Source: Lentisphaerota bacterium
GTDB taxonomy: Bacteria; Verrucomicrobiota; Kiritimatiellia; PWTM01
Length of the DNA stretch: 64,000 nucleotides
Assembly (NCBI GenBank): GCA_016873715.1
Contig: VGWF01000001.1
Coordinates: 394-64,393 of the forward strand
Direction of reading: 5' to 3'
The notes beneath the pieces were generated by a model that saw only the letters and a program-made list of their open reading frames with translations, searched no databases and was not told where the DNA came from. This document shows, piece by piece, positions 52,267-61,957 of the stretch (position 1 is the first letter of the stretch; every line of letters starts with the position of its first letter). The translations under genes were made by a program, and so were the position numbers.

Positions 52267-54135
52267 ATGAGACCCGACCTTGCGTTGTTCGTTGCCGCCG
52301 GACTGACGGCGCTCCGGCTGGGGGCCGCGGAGCCGGGCCCGAACGTCCTGCTGATCACGGTGGACGACATGAGCGCGGAGTCGATCGGCGCCTTCGGCTG
52401 CCGGCTGAAGGACACGACGCCGACGATCGATCGCCTCGCGCAGCGCGGCGTCCGGTTCAGCCACGCGCACGTCGTGGTCGCCAACTGCATGCCGTCGCGA
52501 AACGTCATGTGGTCGGGTCTCTACCCGCACCGGAGCGGGGTCGAGGGGTTCTACCAGGTGCCGACGGCGAAGTACCCGCACCTCGTCGACCTGATGAAGG
52601 GCGCCGGCTACTTCACCGCGATCCGCGGCAAGATCTCGCACTCGACGCCCTACACGCCGTACGCCTGGGATGCCGAGTTGGAGACGATGCCCGACGGATC
52701 GAAGGTCCACCCGAAGAACGCGAAATCGTACGGCCACTCGACGGCCGAGGGCATCCGGCTCGCGAAGGCCGCCGGGAAGCCGTTCTGCCTGCTGATGAAC
52801 ATCTCGGATCCGCACAAGCCCTTCTACGCCGAGGGGAAGAACGGCGAGACGGTGCCCGATGCGAACGTTCCGTCGCGCGTCTTCACGCCGGACGAGGTCC
52901 CGGTGCCGGGCTTCCTGTTCGACGACCCGGTCGTCCGCAAGGAGCTCTCGCACTACTACTCGAGCGTGCGGCGCGCGGACGATTGCGCCGCGGAGATCCT
53001 CGCCGCGCTGAAGGCGGCGGGCGCGGAGACGAACACGCTGATCGTGTTCCTGTCCGACCACGGCATGCCGCTGCCGTTCTCGAAGACGCAGGTCTATCAC
53101 GACAGCACCCGAACGCCGCTCTTCTTCGTCTGGCCCGGCCGGCTGCCGGAGGGCCGTGTGGACGACCGGCACATGGTCTCGACCGTTGACCTGCTTCCGA
53201 CGCTGCTCGATCTGCTCGGCATCGTGCATCCGGGCACGATGGACGGCCGGTCCTTCGCCTCGTTGCTCCGGGGCGGGGGGGATGGCGGTCGCGAGTGGGT
53301 GATCAAGGAGTACAACGAGAACTCCGGCGGAAACCGCAATCCGATGCGCGCGATCGAGAGCCTCGACGACCTCTACATCTTCAGCCCCTGGGCCAACGGC
53401 GAGCGGACGATGGCGACGGCCACGATGGGCACGCCGACCTACCGCCGCATGGCCGCGATGGCGGGGAGCGACGCGGCCATCGCGGCGCGGCACGAGCTGT
53501 TCGTCCACCGCGTCCCCGAGGAGCTCTACGCGGTCGGGCGCGATCCGGACTGCCTCACGAACCTCGTCGCCGACGCGTCGTCCCGGGGCCGTCTCGACCG
53601 CAGCCGCTCGACGATGGAGACCTGGATGGCCGAGACCGACGATCCCATGCTCGCCACCTTCCGGCAGCGGGGCGACGCGGCGGCGCGCGAGGCGTTCATG
53701 TCCGGCCAGGTCGCCGCGGCGCAGGACCGCAAGGCGGACAAGCCGAAGAAGGGCGCGAAGCGCGCCGCGGCGGCGGAGAAGGCGGATGCCGCCAGGCCCC
53801 GCGCCGCGGGGAAGAGCGCCGGCGCGAAGGCCCTCATCGCCATCGAGCCGCCGGACGTGGTGGCGGCCGGCACGACGGTCGTCGTGCGCATCCGCCACGA
53901 GCTGCCCGCGGACCTGGGCGAGCAGGTGCTGACGGTGACCGCCAAGGAGGGGCAGGCGGGGGAGCGGCTCGACCGGACCACCGTCAAGGCGCGGGGGACG
54001 GGCGTCGCCGAGGCGTCGCTGAAGATTCCCGCCGGCGTCGACACCGCCGTCAGCTTCGCCGCCTTCGTCGGCGAGGACTTCAAGGCGACCCGCCAGCACG
54101 TCATCACCGGGCCGGTGCCGGTGCTTCAGCGATGA
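52267..54135 (+). CDS. Sulfatase (CMPSRNVMWSGL) with a Lys/Ala-rich linker and a C-terminal domain.
   Basis: Signal peptide and sulfatase motifs; C-terminal '...KADKPKKGAKRAAAAEKADAARPRAAGKSAGAKA...'. Confidence 0.85.
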   Translation: MRPDLALFVAAGLTALRLGAAEPGPNVLLITVDDMSAESIGAFGCRLKDTTPTIDRLAQRGVRFSHAHVVVANCMPSRNVMWSGLYPHRSGVEGFYQVPTAKYPHLVDLMKGAGYFTAIRGKISHSTPYTPYAWDAELETMPDGSKVHPKNAKSYGHSTAEGIRLAKAAGKPFCLLMNISDPHKPFYAEGKNGETVPDANVPSRVFTPDEVPVPGFLFDDPVVRKELSHYYSSVRRADDCAAEILAALKAAGAETNTLIVFLSDHGMPLPFSKTQVYHDSTRTPLFFVWPGRLPEGRVDDRHMVSTVDLLPTLLDLLGIVHPGTMDGRSFASLLRGGGDGGREWVIKEYNENSGGNRNPMRAIESLDDLYIFSPWANGERTMATATMGTPTYRRMAAMAGSDAAIAARHELFVHRVPEELYAVGRDPDCLTNLVADASSRGRLDRSRSTMETWMAETDDPMLATFRQRGDAAAREAFMSGQVAAAQDRKADKPKKGAKRAAAAEKADAARPRAAGKSAGAKALIAIEPPDVVAAGTTVVVRIRHELPADLGEQVLTVTAKEGQAGERLDRTTVKARGTGVAEASLKIPAGVDTAVSFAAFVGEDFKATRQHVITGPVPVLQR

Positions 54136-54158
54136 CGCTGGAAGCCATGACGGCTGCA

Positions 54159-54179
54159 GCCGCGACCGAGGGTCGCGGC
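54159..54179 (+). terminator. GC-rich hairpin GCCGCGACC-gag-GGTCGCGGC immediately downstream of the sulfatase stop (no U-tract).
   Basis: Perfect 9-bp stem read directly; its half-sites are related to those of motif A/B and the REP copies. Confidence 0.4.
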
Positions 54180-54196
54180 AGGCCCCGCGCCCGTGG

Positions 54197-54236
54197 ACGC
54201 ATTGCCGCGACCGCCGGTCGCGGCTACAGTCGACCG
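54197..54236 (+). promoter_or_regulatory. Conserved 40-bp palindromic motif B (GCATTGCCGCGACC-gc-CGGTCGCGGCTACAGTCG-ac-CGCG), 90 nt upstream of the sulfatase gene at 54326.
   Basis: 38/40 identical to motif A at 30695. Confidence 0.4.
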
Positions 54237-54325
54237 CGCGGCCGGCCTTCACGGGCTTCCGGGAATCGGAGAGACGGGGGCCCTTGCCCTGGGCGCTGTC
54301 ACGACCGCCAACCATGGAGTTCGCG

Positions 54326-55846
54326 ATGAACCATCGAATCGCCGCCGCCCTCGCCGGTGCGCTCGCCGCCTCCGGTCCGCTGCTCGCGGCGCCGGAGCGG
54401 CCGCTGAACGTCCTCTTCCTGATGACGGATGAGCAGCACTACAGGTCCCTTTCGCTGACCGGAAACCCGTACATCACGACGCCGAACATCGACCGCATCG
54501 GCCGCGAGGGGGCGCAGTTCGTCAACGCGACGTGCGTGACGCCGTTCTGCTCGCCGTCCCGCGCCTCGTTCATCACCGGCCTCTACCCGCACCGCCACGG
54601 GATCCTCGTCAACGTGGACGGCAAGGGTGCGCGGCAGGCGCCGCTCCCGCAGCATGCGTTTCCCAACACCGAGACGATCCTGCACAAGGCCGGCTACGCG
54701 ACGGCGCACTTCGGCAAGTGGCACCTCGGGGACACGGGCGACTTCGACTGCTACGAGTCGCGCGTCTACGCCGGCGCGGACAACCAGGAGTACAAGCGCT
54801 TCCTCGACGAGCGGCTGCCGAAGTCGAAGTTCGCGGACTTCGCGGGCCCCGGGCGCTACCTGGACCGCCCCGTCGAGATGATCCCCGCGATCGAGAAGGC
54901 CTACCGCGAGTTCACGAAGCCGCCGAGCGACCGCGTGTCCTATATCTCGATCATCGGGCGGAGCCTGATCCCGCCCGAGTTGCTGCCGGAGACGCGCATC
55001 ACGGATGCCGCGATCGAGCGGATCCGGAAGCATGCGAACGAACCGTTCATGATCACCGTGTCGTGGAGTCCGCCACACGACCTGTGGGTGATTCCGGAGC
55101 CCTACTACGGCATGGTCGACCGCAGGAAGATCGAGCTGCGCGGCAGCCGCGACATGCCGGAGTGGGACCAGCGCGGCGCCAGCAAGCGCCTCGGCGACCT
55201 GGCGGGGGACGAGGGTGTTCGCGAGTACGCCGCCATCTACCACGGCATGGTGAAGTACATCGACGACCAGGTCGGACGCGTGCTCGGGACGCTCGACGAC
55301 CTCGGCCTTGCGGAGCGGACGCTGGTGGTCTTCACGACCGACCACGGCGACATGGTCGGCGCGCACGGCTGCATCGGGAAGTCCATCACGGGCTTCTACG
55401 ACGACCTCGTGCACATCCCGTTCCTGATGAGGCTGCCCGGCGCGATCCGTCCGGGAACGGTGGTGGACCGGCCGGTCAGCCAGGTCGACCTCATGCCGAC
55501 GATCCTCGATCTCACCGGGCGGCAGGCGCCGGAGGGGATCCACGGCCGCTCCCTTCGTCCGCTGATGCAGGGGCGGGACGTGCCGTGGCGCGACCACGCC
55601 TTCTGCCAGCGCGCGAACCACCAGTTCATGCTGCGCACCGCGACGCACAAGTACGTCTTCGGTCCGAAGCCGCGGATGGCGGCGCTCTACGACCTGAAGG
55701 CCGATCCCGATGAGAACCGCAACCTCGCCGCGGCCCCCGAGCACGCGGACCTCGTGCGGTCGATGCACCGGAGGCTGATCGAGGTCATGAAGGCCGACGG
55801 CGCCGCGACAACACTGCCCGCGGACCCGCTGGCGTCCGGGGAGTGA
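54326..55846 (+). CDS. Sulfatase (CSPSRASFITGL).
   Basis: Signal peptide MNHRIAAALAGALAASGPLLAA and sulfatase motifs; a 'ggag' RBS precedes the ATG at 54326. Confidence 0.85.
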   Translation: MNHRIAAALAGALAASGPLLAAPERPLNVLFLMTDEQHYRSLSLTGNPYITTPNIDRIGREGAQFVNATCVTPFCSPSRASFITGLYPHRHGILVNVDGKGARQAPLPQHAFPNTETILHKAGYATAHFGKWHLGDTGDFDCYESRVYAGADNQEYKRFLDERLPKSKFADFAGPGRYLDRPVEMIPAIEKAYREFTKPPSDRVSYISIIGRSLIPPELLPETRITDAAIERIRKHANEPFMITVSWSPPHDLWVIPEPYYGMVDRRKIELRGSRDMPEWDQRGASKRLGDLAGDEGVREYAAIYHGMVKYIDDQVGRVLGTLDDLGLAERTLVVFTTDHGDMVGAHGCIGKSITGFYDDLVHIPFLMRLPGAIRPGTVVDRPVSQVDLMPTILDLTGRQAPEGIHGRSLRPLMQGRDVPWRDHAFCQRANHQFMLRTATHKYVFGPKPRMAALYDLKADPDENRNLAAAPEHADLVRSMHRRLIEVMKADGAATTLPADPLASGE

Positions 55847-55920
55847 GAAGCGATGGGGCGGCGCTCCGACTTGAAACTTGAAACTTGGAACCTGAACCTT
55901 GAGACTCCGCCTCCGCGCGG

Positions 55921-55996
55921 GCCAGCTTAGCTCAGCCGGTAGAGCAGCTGATTTGTAATCAGCAGGTCGTCGGTTCGATCCCGACAGCTGGCTCCA
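55921..55996 (+). tRNA. tRNA-Thr (anticodon UGU), 76 nt with encoded CCA.
   Basis: Manual cloverleaf: acceptor GCCAGCT/AGCTGGC, D-arm GCTC-AGCCGGTA-GAGC, anticodon arm GCTGA-TTTGTAA-TCAGC, T-arm GTCGG-TTCGATC-CCGAC. Confidence 0.85.
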
Positions 55997-56014
55997 GACG
56001 ATGGGAGGCATGGA

Positions 56015-56947
56015 GTGAACCGCAGACCTGTCCCGATCCTCCTGGTGACGCTGGCGCTTGGCCTCGCGCCGGTCCTTCCATTCGGCTGCGGCGCGGTGCG
56101 GGCCGCCGAGAAGGGGGGCGTCTCGCCCGACGAGCCGTACAAGAAGCTGACCCCGGACTCGGAGGAGCAGGCCGGCGTGCCGAAGGGCGGGATCACGGAG
56201 CACGAGTGGAACGCGAGCAAGGTCTTCCCCGGCACCGTGCGGAAGTACTGGGTCTACGTGCCGAAGCAGTACGACGCGGCGAAACCGGCGTGCGTGTTCG
56301 TCTGCCAGGACGGCGTCCTGTACAAGGCCCCGACGGTCTTCGACAACCTGATCGCGAAACGGGAGATGCCCGTGACGATCGGGATCTTCATCCAGCCCGG
56401 CGACTTCCCCCTCAAGCCCGGCGAGGCGCCGCGCCGGCGTCCGGACGGCCGCCCGGCCCCGCGGGCCAACCGCAGCCGGGAGTACGACACGCTGAGTGGC
56501 GACTACGCCCGGTTCCTGATCGAGGAGATCCTCCCGGAGGTCGGCCGGACGCACTCCCTGACGACGAATCCCGAGGGCCGGTGCATCGCCGGCAGCAGCA
56601 GCGGCGGCATCTGCGCGTGGACCGTGTGCTGGGAGCGGCCCGACGCCTTCCGCAAGTGCTTCACCACCGTCGGCAGCTTCACGAACATCCGAGGGGGCGG
56701 CGCGTATCCGGAGCTTGTGCGGGCCGCGCCGCGGAAGCCGATCCGGATCTTCCAGCAGGACGGCGCGAACGATCTCGTCAACGAGTTCGGAAGCTGGCCG
56801 GAGGCGAACCGGGCGATGGCGGCCGCGCTCGGCGAGAAGGGATACGACCACCGGTTCGTGTTCGGCGAGGGCGTCCACAGCAGCCACCACGGCACGCAGC
56901 TTTTCCCGGACGCGATGCGGTGGATGTGGCGGGACTTCAAGCCGTGA
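56015..56947 (+). CDS. Secreted alpha/beta-hydrolase esterase (putative esterase/enterochelin-esterase-like; GSSSGG nucleophile elbow).
   Basis: An RBS 'gggagg' precedes the GTG at 56015; signal peptide; GxSxG motif. Confidence 0.7.
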   Translation: MNRRPVPILLVTLALGLAPVLPFGCGAVRAAEKGGVSPDEPYKKLTPDSEEQAGVPKGGITEHEWNASKVFPGTVRKYWVYVPKQYDAAKPACVFVCQDGVLYKAPTVFDNLIAKREMPVTIGIFIQPGDFPLKPGEAPRRRPDGRPAPRANRSREYDTLSGDYARFLIEEILPEVGRTHSLTTNPEGRCIAGSSSGGICAWTVCWERPDAFRKCFTTVGSFTNIRGGGAYPELVRAAPRKPIRIFQQDGANDLVNEFGSWPEANRAMAAALGEKGYDHRFVFGEGVHSSHHGTQLFPDAMRWMWRDFKP

Positions 56948-56962
56948 TCGGCGGCGCGGTCT

Positions 56963-58111
56963 CTACCCGTCCCCCATCAGGTTGGCGAGGGCGGTGCGGA
57001 TCGCGCGGACGGATCCGCGGTCGTCGGGATGGACGCGGTTGGTGAGGATGACGAGGAAGAGGTTCCGGCGCGGGTCGCAGACGATGGACGTGCCCGTGTA
57101 GCCGCTGTGGCAGAAGGCGGTGGCGTCCATCGCGTCGCCCTTGATCCATGCATGGGAACTGCTCACGTCGAACCCGAAGGCGCGTCCGTGCGACTGCGGC
57201 GTGGTCAGCCGGGCCACGGATTCGGGCGAGAGCACGCGGCGTCCGTCCGACATCCCGTTGTTGAGGAGCATGCGGCAGTAGCGGGCGAGGTCGCCGGCGG
57301 TGGAGAAGACGCCGGCATTGCCCGAGACGCCGCCCATGAGGCGGGCCAGCGGATCGTGCACCTCGCCCACGGGGTGGCGGCCGTCGCGCAGCTGCGTTCC
57401 CGCGATCCTCGGCCGCCAGCCGGGCGGCGGCGCGTAGATCGTGTTGGTCATGCCCAGCGGCCCGAACAGGTGCGTGCCCGCGAAGCGGTCGAGCGGCATG
57501 CCCGATGCGATCTCGACGATCCGGCCGAGGATGATGTAGCCGAGGCAGCTGTAGCGGGAGGTCCCGCCGGGCGGCTGGAGCGGCCGGAGACCGCAGATCG
57601 CGCGCAGGACCGCGTCGGGGCAGACGTTGCCGTGCGCGGCGGCGAGCGCGGCGGCGTCGGTGTAGGGCGGGAGGCCGGAGTCGTGCGCGAGCAGGTGGCG
57701 GATCCGCACATCCTGCTTTCCCCGGGTGGCGAAGTCCGGAAGGTGCCGCGCCACGGGGTCGTCGAGTCCGAGTTTCCCCTGTTCGACCAGGAGCAGCACC
57801 GAGGGCGCGGTCGCCACCGCCTTGGTGAGCGAGGCGATGTCGAAGACCGTATCGGACTGCATGGGGGCCGGAACGTTCGTGGTCGAGGCCATCCCGCGGG
57901 CGAAGGTGAAGACGACGCCTTCACGGCGGCCGACGGCCACCACGGCGCCCGGGACGCTGCCCCTGGCGATCTCGGCTCCGACGACGGCATCCATGCGGGA
58001 CTGCAGGGCGGACGCCACGTCCTCGGCTCCGCAGGTCGTGTGCGCCGCCAGGGCGGCAGCGCCGGCGAGCGCGCGGCGGTGCCCGGCGCGGATCGACCGT
58101 CCGTCGTTCAT
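56963..58111 (-). CDS. Serine hydrolase of the beta-lactamase/penicillin-binding-protein family (SLTK = SxxK motif).
   Basis: C-terminal segment of the 1636-aa minus-strand track ORF; ATG at 58111..58109 ('MNDGRSIRAG...'); signal-like N-terminus. Confidence 0.8.
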   Translation of the reverse strand: MNDGRSIRAGHRRALAGAAALAAHTTCGAEDVASALQSRMDAVVGAEIARGSVPGAVVAVGRREGVVFTFARGMASTTNVPAPMQSDTVFDIASLTKAVATAPSVLLLVEQGKLGLDDPVARHLPDFATRGKQDVRIRHLLAHDSGLPPYTDAAALAAAHGNVCPDAVLRAICGLRPLQPPGGTSRYSCLGYIILGRIVEIASGMPLDRFAGTHLFGPLGMTNTIYAPPPGWRPRIAGTQLRDGRHPVGEVHDPLARLMGGVSGNAGVFSTAGDLARYCRMLLNNGMSDGRRVLSPESVARLTTPQSHGRAFGFDVSSSHAWIKGDAMDATAFCHSGYTGTSIVCDPRRNLFLVILTNRVHPDDRGSVRAIRTALANLMGDG

Positions 58112-58303
58112 CGCCGGCACGATGCCGCAGCGCGGGCGGGACATCAACATCCAACGGCCTGCAGCCGCCCGCAGGTCCGCGCCGCGCCGTTCCCGGCCCC
58201 TGCGTTCCTGCGTACGCTTGACTGTCATCCGGACTCGTGCGTGACTGGGATCGCGTCCGCGCCGGGGGCGTCGGGACCCGTGCGCGGCGGAGAGGATGGA
58301 CCC

Positions 58304-61300
58304 ATGAGGCGGATGGCGCGGGCGGTGGGGATCGCAGCGGCCGCGTGGCCGGCGTTGGCGACGGTGGCCGGGGCGGCGGCGCGGGCGCCGGACGAGGCTC
58401 CCTTGCTGAGCCACGAGGCGTTCGCGCAGCCGCCGCCGGCGTGGCGGTCGGTGCCGTTCTGGTCGCTGAACGACGAGCTCGAGCCGGCCGAGATCGAGCG
58501 CCAGATGGAGGCGTTCAAGGCCGGCGGTTTCGGCGGCGCCTACCTGCACAGCCGGATCGGCCTGCTGACGGAGTACCTCGGCCCCGACTGGTGGGCCGCG
58601 ATGGATGCGGGCGTCCGCGCCGCGGAGCGGCTCGGCATCGAGGCGTGGTTCTACGACGAGGACAAGTGGCCCAGCGGCTTCGCGGGCGGCATCGTGCCGC
58701 TGGCGAGCGAGGACTTCCACGCGCGCGCGCTGCTGCGGCTCGACAAGTCCGCGCCGCTGCCCGAGCGGTGCGAGGTGCTCGCGGAGGACGCCGCCCACCG
58801 CTACGTCGGCTGGAAGGTGCCGATGGGCGACGCGTGGTTCAACGGCACGTGCTGGGTCGACCTGATGAACCCCGCGACCGTGAAGGCCTTCATCGACTGC
58901 AGCTACCGCCCCTACGCCGAGCGCTACGCGAAGCAGATGGGCGGGGCCGTCCACGGCATCTTCACCGACGAGCCGCAGGTCTCGCCGCGGACCTCCGGCG
59001 TCGTTCACAAGGGGGCGGTGGCCTACTCGCCGGTGCTGCGCGAGCGCTTCCGCCGCGAGCACGGCTACGACTTCGTCGAGCGCATCGCCGGCCTGTTCGA
59101 GAATGCCCCGGGATCGGCGACGGTGCGTCTGCACTACTTCCAGACGGTCGGCCGCGCGCTGGAGGAGAGCTTCTCGAAACAGATCGGCGAGCACTGCGAG
59201 CGGACGGGCATGACGTGGACCGGCCACTACAACGGAGAGGAAACGTTCCGCTCGGTGCAGATGAACGTCGGCAACCTGATGATCCAGTACCGCCACATGC
59301 AGCGGCCGGGCATCGACCACCTCGGCCTGCGGCTGCCGATGCTGGTCGTCCACATGATGCGCAGCCTCTCGAGCGTCGCGAACCAGTACGGCCGCACGCG
59401 CCGCCTCTCCGAGATGTTCGGCATCAGCGGCCAGAACATGAACTTCGAGGATCGCGCGTGGATCTGCGCCGGCCACGCGGTGCTGGGCATCAATCACGTC
59501 TGCCCGCACCTGACGCTCTACAGCATGAAGGGCTGCCGGAAGCGCGACTACCCGCCGACGATCTCGCCGCAGCAGCCCTACTGGGGTTGGAACGGCGCGG
59601 TCGAGGACTGCATGGCGCGGGTGTGCTACCTCTCGTCGGTCGGCGCCTACGCGCCGGAGCTGCTCGTGATCCATCCGCTCGAGAGCGCGACCATCGACGA
59701 CCCCGGCAGCGGCGCCTCGCCCGTGGGCAACGCCCGGTTCGGGCGGTTCATGAAGGTCCTGGAGTCGCTGCAGGCGTCGCACCGCGACTACGACCTTGGG
59801 GACGAGCAGATCCTGGCCGACCTCGGGGTGGTGGAGGGCGCCTCGCTGCGCGTCGGGAAGATGGTCTACCCGGCGGTGCTGCTGCCGTGCCTGCGCACGG
59901 TGCGCGCAAGCACGCTGGCGCTGCTGGACCGCTTCGCCGCGGCGGGCGGCACGGTGCTCGTGGCGGACGGCATGCCGGACCTGGTCGACGGCCTCCCCAA
60001 CGCGGCGCCGCTGGCGGCGCTGGCGGGCGTCGCCAGAACGCTGCCGGCGGAGGGCGCGGGGCCGGCGCTCGAAGCGCTGCGGCCGGCCGCGGTGCGCGTC
60101 GAGGGCGACGGCGCGGAGGCCGTGTGGACGCACCGCCGCGCGCTGCCGGGCGGGCAGATGGTGATGCTCTTCAACCGGTCGCGTCTCGCGGCGGCCGACG
60201 TGCGCGTGACGCTGGCCGCGGGCGCGGACCACCCGGTGGTGTGGGACCCGACGTCCGGCCGGACGATGTCCGTGAACCCGGGGGCCGACGGGACCTTCGC
60301 GCTGCGTCTCGATCCGGCGCGCACGCTCTTCCTCTCCACCGGCGGCGCCTCCGGCCCGGCCCGGCCGTCCGGCGCGTATGCCGCCGCGCGCCCCGGCGCC
60401 GCGGTGCAGACGCTCGACGGCTCGTGGACGGGCCGCCGGCTGGATGCGAACGCGATCACGCTCGATTTCGCGCGCTGGTCGACGAACGGCGGGGCCTCGT
60501 TCCAGGCCGCGGAGCCGGTGATCGGCATCCACGAACGCTTCACGCACCGGCCGTACCGCGGACCGCTGCGCCTGGCGTTCGACGTGGTGGTCGACACGCC
60601 GCCGAGGCGCTGCTCGCTCGTGATGGAGCAGCCGGCGATGTACCGCTCGATCGCGGTCAACGGGCGGACGGTCGGCTTCGCCGGCTCCGGCTTCTACCGC
60701 GACGCCTCGTTCCGGATGGCGGAGATCGGCGCGCTGCGGAAGGGGACGAACACGGTGACGCTCGACCTCGACTACGTGGCGCCGGTGCCCCCGAGCCGCG
60801 ACGCGCGCGAGCGCTACGGAACGGAGATCGAAAGCGTCTACCTCGTCGGCGACTTCGCGGTGCATGCGGAGGCCTCGCCGGAGCCGGCGAAGTCCGAGCG
60901 CAACGACCGGGGCGAGCTCCCGAAGCGGCCGGTGCACCGGTTCCGCTCGTTCCGGATCGGGACGGAGAAGGGCGCGTTCGAGGGCGACCTCGCGCCGCAG
61001 GGCTACCCGTTCTACGCGGGCGCGTTCGAGTTGGAACGGACCTTCACGGCGCCGGCACCGGCCGCGGGGGCGCGTCACGTGCTGACGTTCCCGGAGATGG
61101 AGGCCATCGTGGCGGTGGTCGAACTCAACGGGAAGCGCCTGCCGCCCGCCGTGTGGAGCCCGTGGGAGGTGGACGTCACCGAGGCGCTGCGCGAGGGGAC
61201 GAACACGCTCAAGGTGACGCTGGTCAACTCGATGCGGAACCTGCTCGGACCGCACCATCACGCGTTGGGCGAACTGACCTCCGTCGGGCCGGTGTCCTTC

Positions 61301-61450
61301 ACCGGCGGCGTCGGCTGGCCGACGAATGCGGACGGGGAGGAGGACTGGTACGACGTGCGCCTTTCGCGCGAGCCGAAACTCTGGCGGGACGACACGCATT
61401 GCATCCCGTTCGGCTTCCTGCGTCCGCCGGTGCTGGAACAGAGGCGGTAG
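58304..61450 (+). CDS. Large secreted putative glycoside hydrolase (1048 aa) with an N-terminal TIM-barrel-like domain and C-terminal galactose-binding-like beta-sandwich domains.
   Basis: Signal peptide; 'PFWSLNDEL...AGGFGGAYLHSR'; C-terminal 'LNGKRLPPAVWSPWEVDVTEALREGTNTLKVTLVN' resembles a GH2-type sugar-binding domain. The family is uncertain. Confidence 0.7.
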   Translation: MRRMARAVGIAAAAWPALATVAGAAARAPDEAPLLSHEAFAQPPPAWRSVPFWSLNDELEPAEIERQMEAFKAGGFGGAYLHSRIGLLTEYLGPDWWAAMDAGVRAAERLGIEAWFYDEDKWPSGFAGGIVPLASEDFHARALLRLDKSAPLPERCEVLAEDAAHRYVGWKVPMGDAWFNGTCWVDLMNPATVKAFIDCSYRPYAERYAKQMGGAVHGIFTDEPQVSPRTSGVVHKGAVAYSPVLRERFRREHGYDFVERIAGLFENAPGSATVRLHYFQTVGRALEESFSKQIGEHCERTGMTWTGHYNGEETFRSVQMNVGNLMIQYRHMQRPGIDHLGLRLPMLVVHMMRSLSSVANQYGRTRRLSEMFGISGQNMNFEDRAWICAGHAVLGINHVCPHLTLYSMKGCRKRDYPPTISPQQPYWGWNGAVEDCMARVCYLSSVGAYAPELLVIHPLESATIDDPGSGASPVGNARFGRFMKVLESLQASHRDYDLGDEQILADLGVVEGASLRVGKMVYPAVLLPCLRTVRASTLALLDRFAAAGGTVLVADGMPDLVDGLPNAAPLAALAGVARTLPAEGAGPALEALRPAAVRVEGDGAEAVWTHRRALPGGQMVMLFNRSRLAAADVRVTLAAGADHPVVWDPTSGRTMSVNPGADGTFALRLDPARTLFLSTGGASGPARPSGAYAAARPGAAVQTLDGSWTGRRLDANAITLDFARWSTNGGASFQAAEPVIGIHERFTHRPYRGPLRLAFDVVVDTPPRRCSLVMEQPAMYRSIAVNGRTVGFAGSGFYRDASFRMAEIGALRKGTNTVTLDLDYVAPVPPSRDARERYGTEIESVYLVGDFAVHAEASPEPAKSERNDRGELPKRPVHRFRSFRIGTEKGAFEGDLAPQGYPFYAGAFELERTFTAPAPAAGARHVLTFPEMEAIVAVVELNGKRLPPAVWSPWEVDVTEALREGTNTLKVTLVNSMRNLLGPHHHALGELTSVGPVSFTGGVGWPTNADGEEDWYDVRLSREPKLWRDDTHCIPFGFLRPPVLEQRR

Positions 61451-61459
61451 GGGGGCGAG

Positions 61460-61933
61460 GTGTCGGATTCCAAATGCCAGGCGGAACGGCGCGGGCGCTT
61501 CGTCGGCGAGGCGGTCTCCGGGCCGGCCCGGGCCCCGGTCCGCGTCGATGGAGGGCCGGCCTCCGTGCCGGCCGCGAGCGGTACCGGGATGATCGGGCGC
61601 TTCGTCGGCGAGGCGTTGACGCCCGTATCCGGCACCGCCGATCCGCGCCGCATGGCCGCGGGCGGGCCGGGATTGCCGATCTCGTTCACCTGGCGCGGCG
61701 GGACGGTCCGCGTGGCCTCGGTCCTCCGGGAATGGCGCGAGACCGGCGCCTGCACGCACGGCAGCGGGGAACGCTACGCGCGCAAGCACTGGTTCGAGAT
61801 CAGGGATGCCGACGGGCGAACGATGAAGCTCTACTTCGAGCGCCGGCCCCGGGGTCGCGGGGCGCGCTGGCATCTCTTCAGCACGACGGAAACCGCGAAA
61901 GGGGCCGGGCGCGGGGCGTCCCCGTCTTCGTGA
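61460..61933 (+). CDS. Hypothetical protein with an internal duplicated 'GRFVGEA' motif.
   Basis: An RBS 'gggggcgagg' precedes the GTG at 61460; high GC3; no family recognised with confidence. Confidence 0.4.
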   Translation: MSDSKCQAERRGRFVGEAVSGPARAPVRVDGGPASVPAASGTGMIGRFVGEALTPVSGTADPRRMAAGGPGLPISFTWRGGTVRVASVLREWRETGACTHGSGERYARKHWFEIRDADGRTMKLYFERRPRGRGARWHLFSTTETAKGAGRGASPSS

Positions 61934-61957
61934 CCGGTGCGCCGGAGGGCGCGGCCC

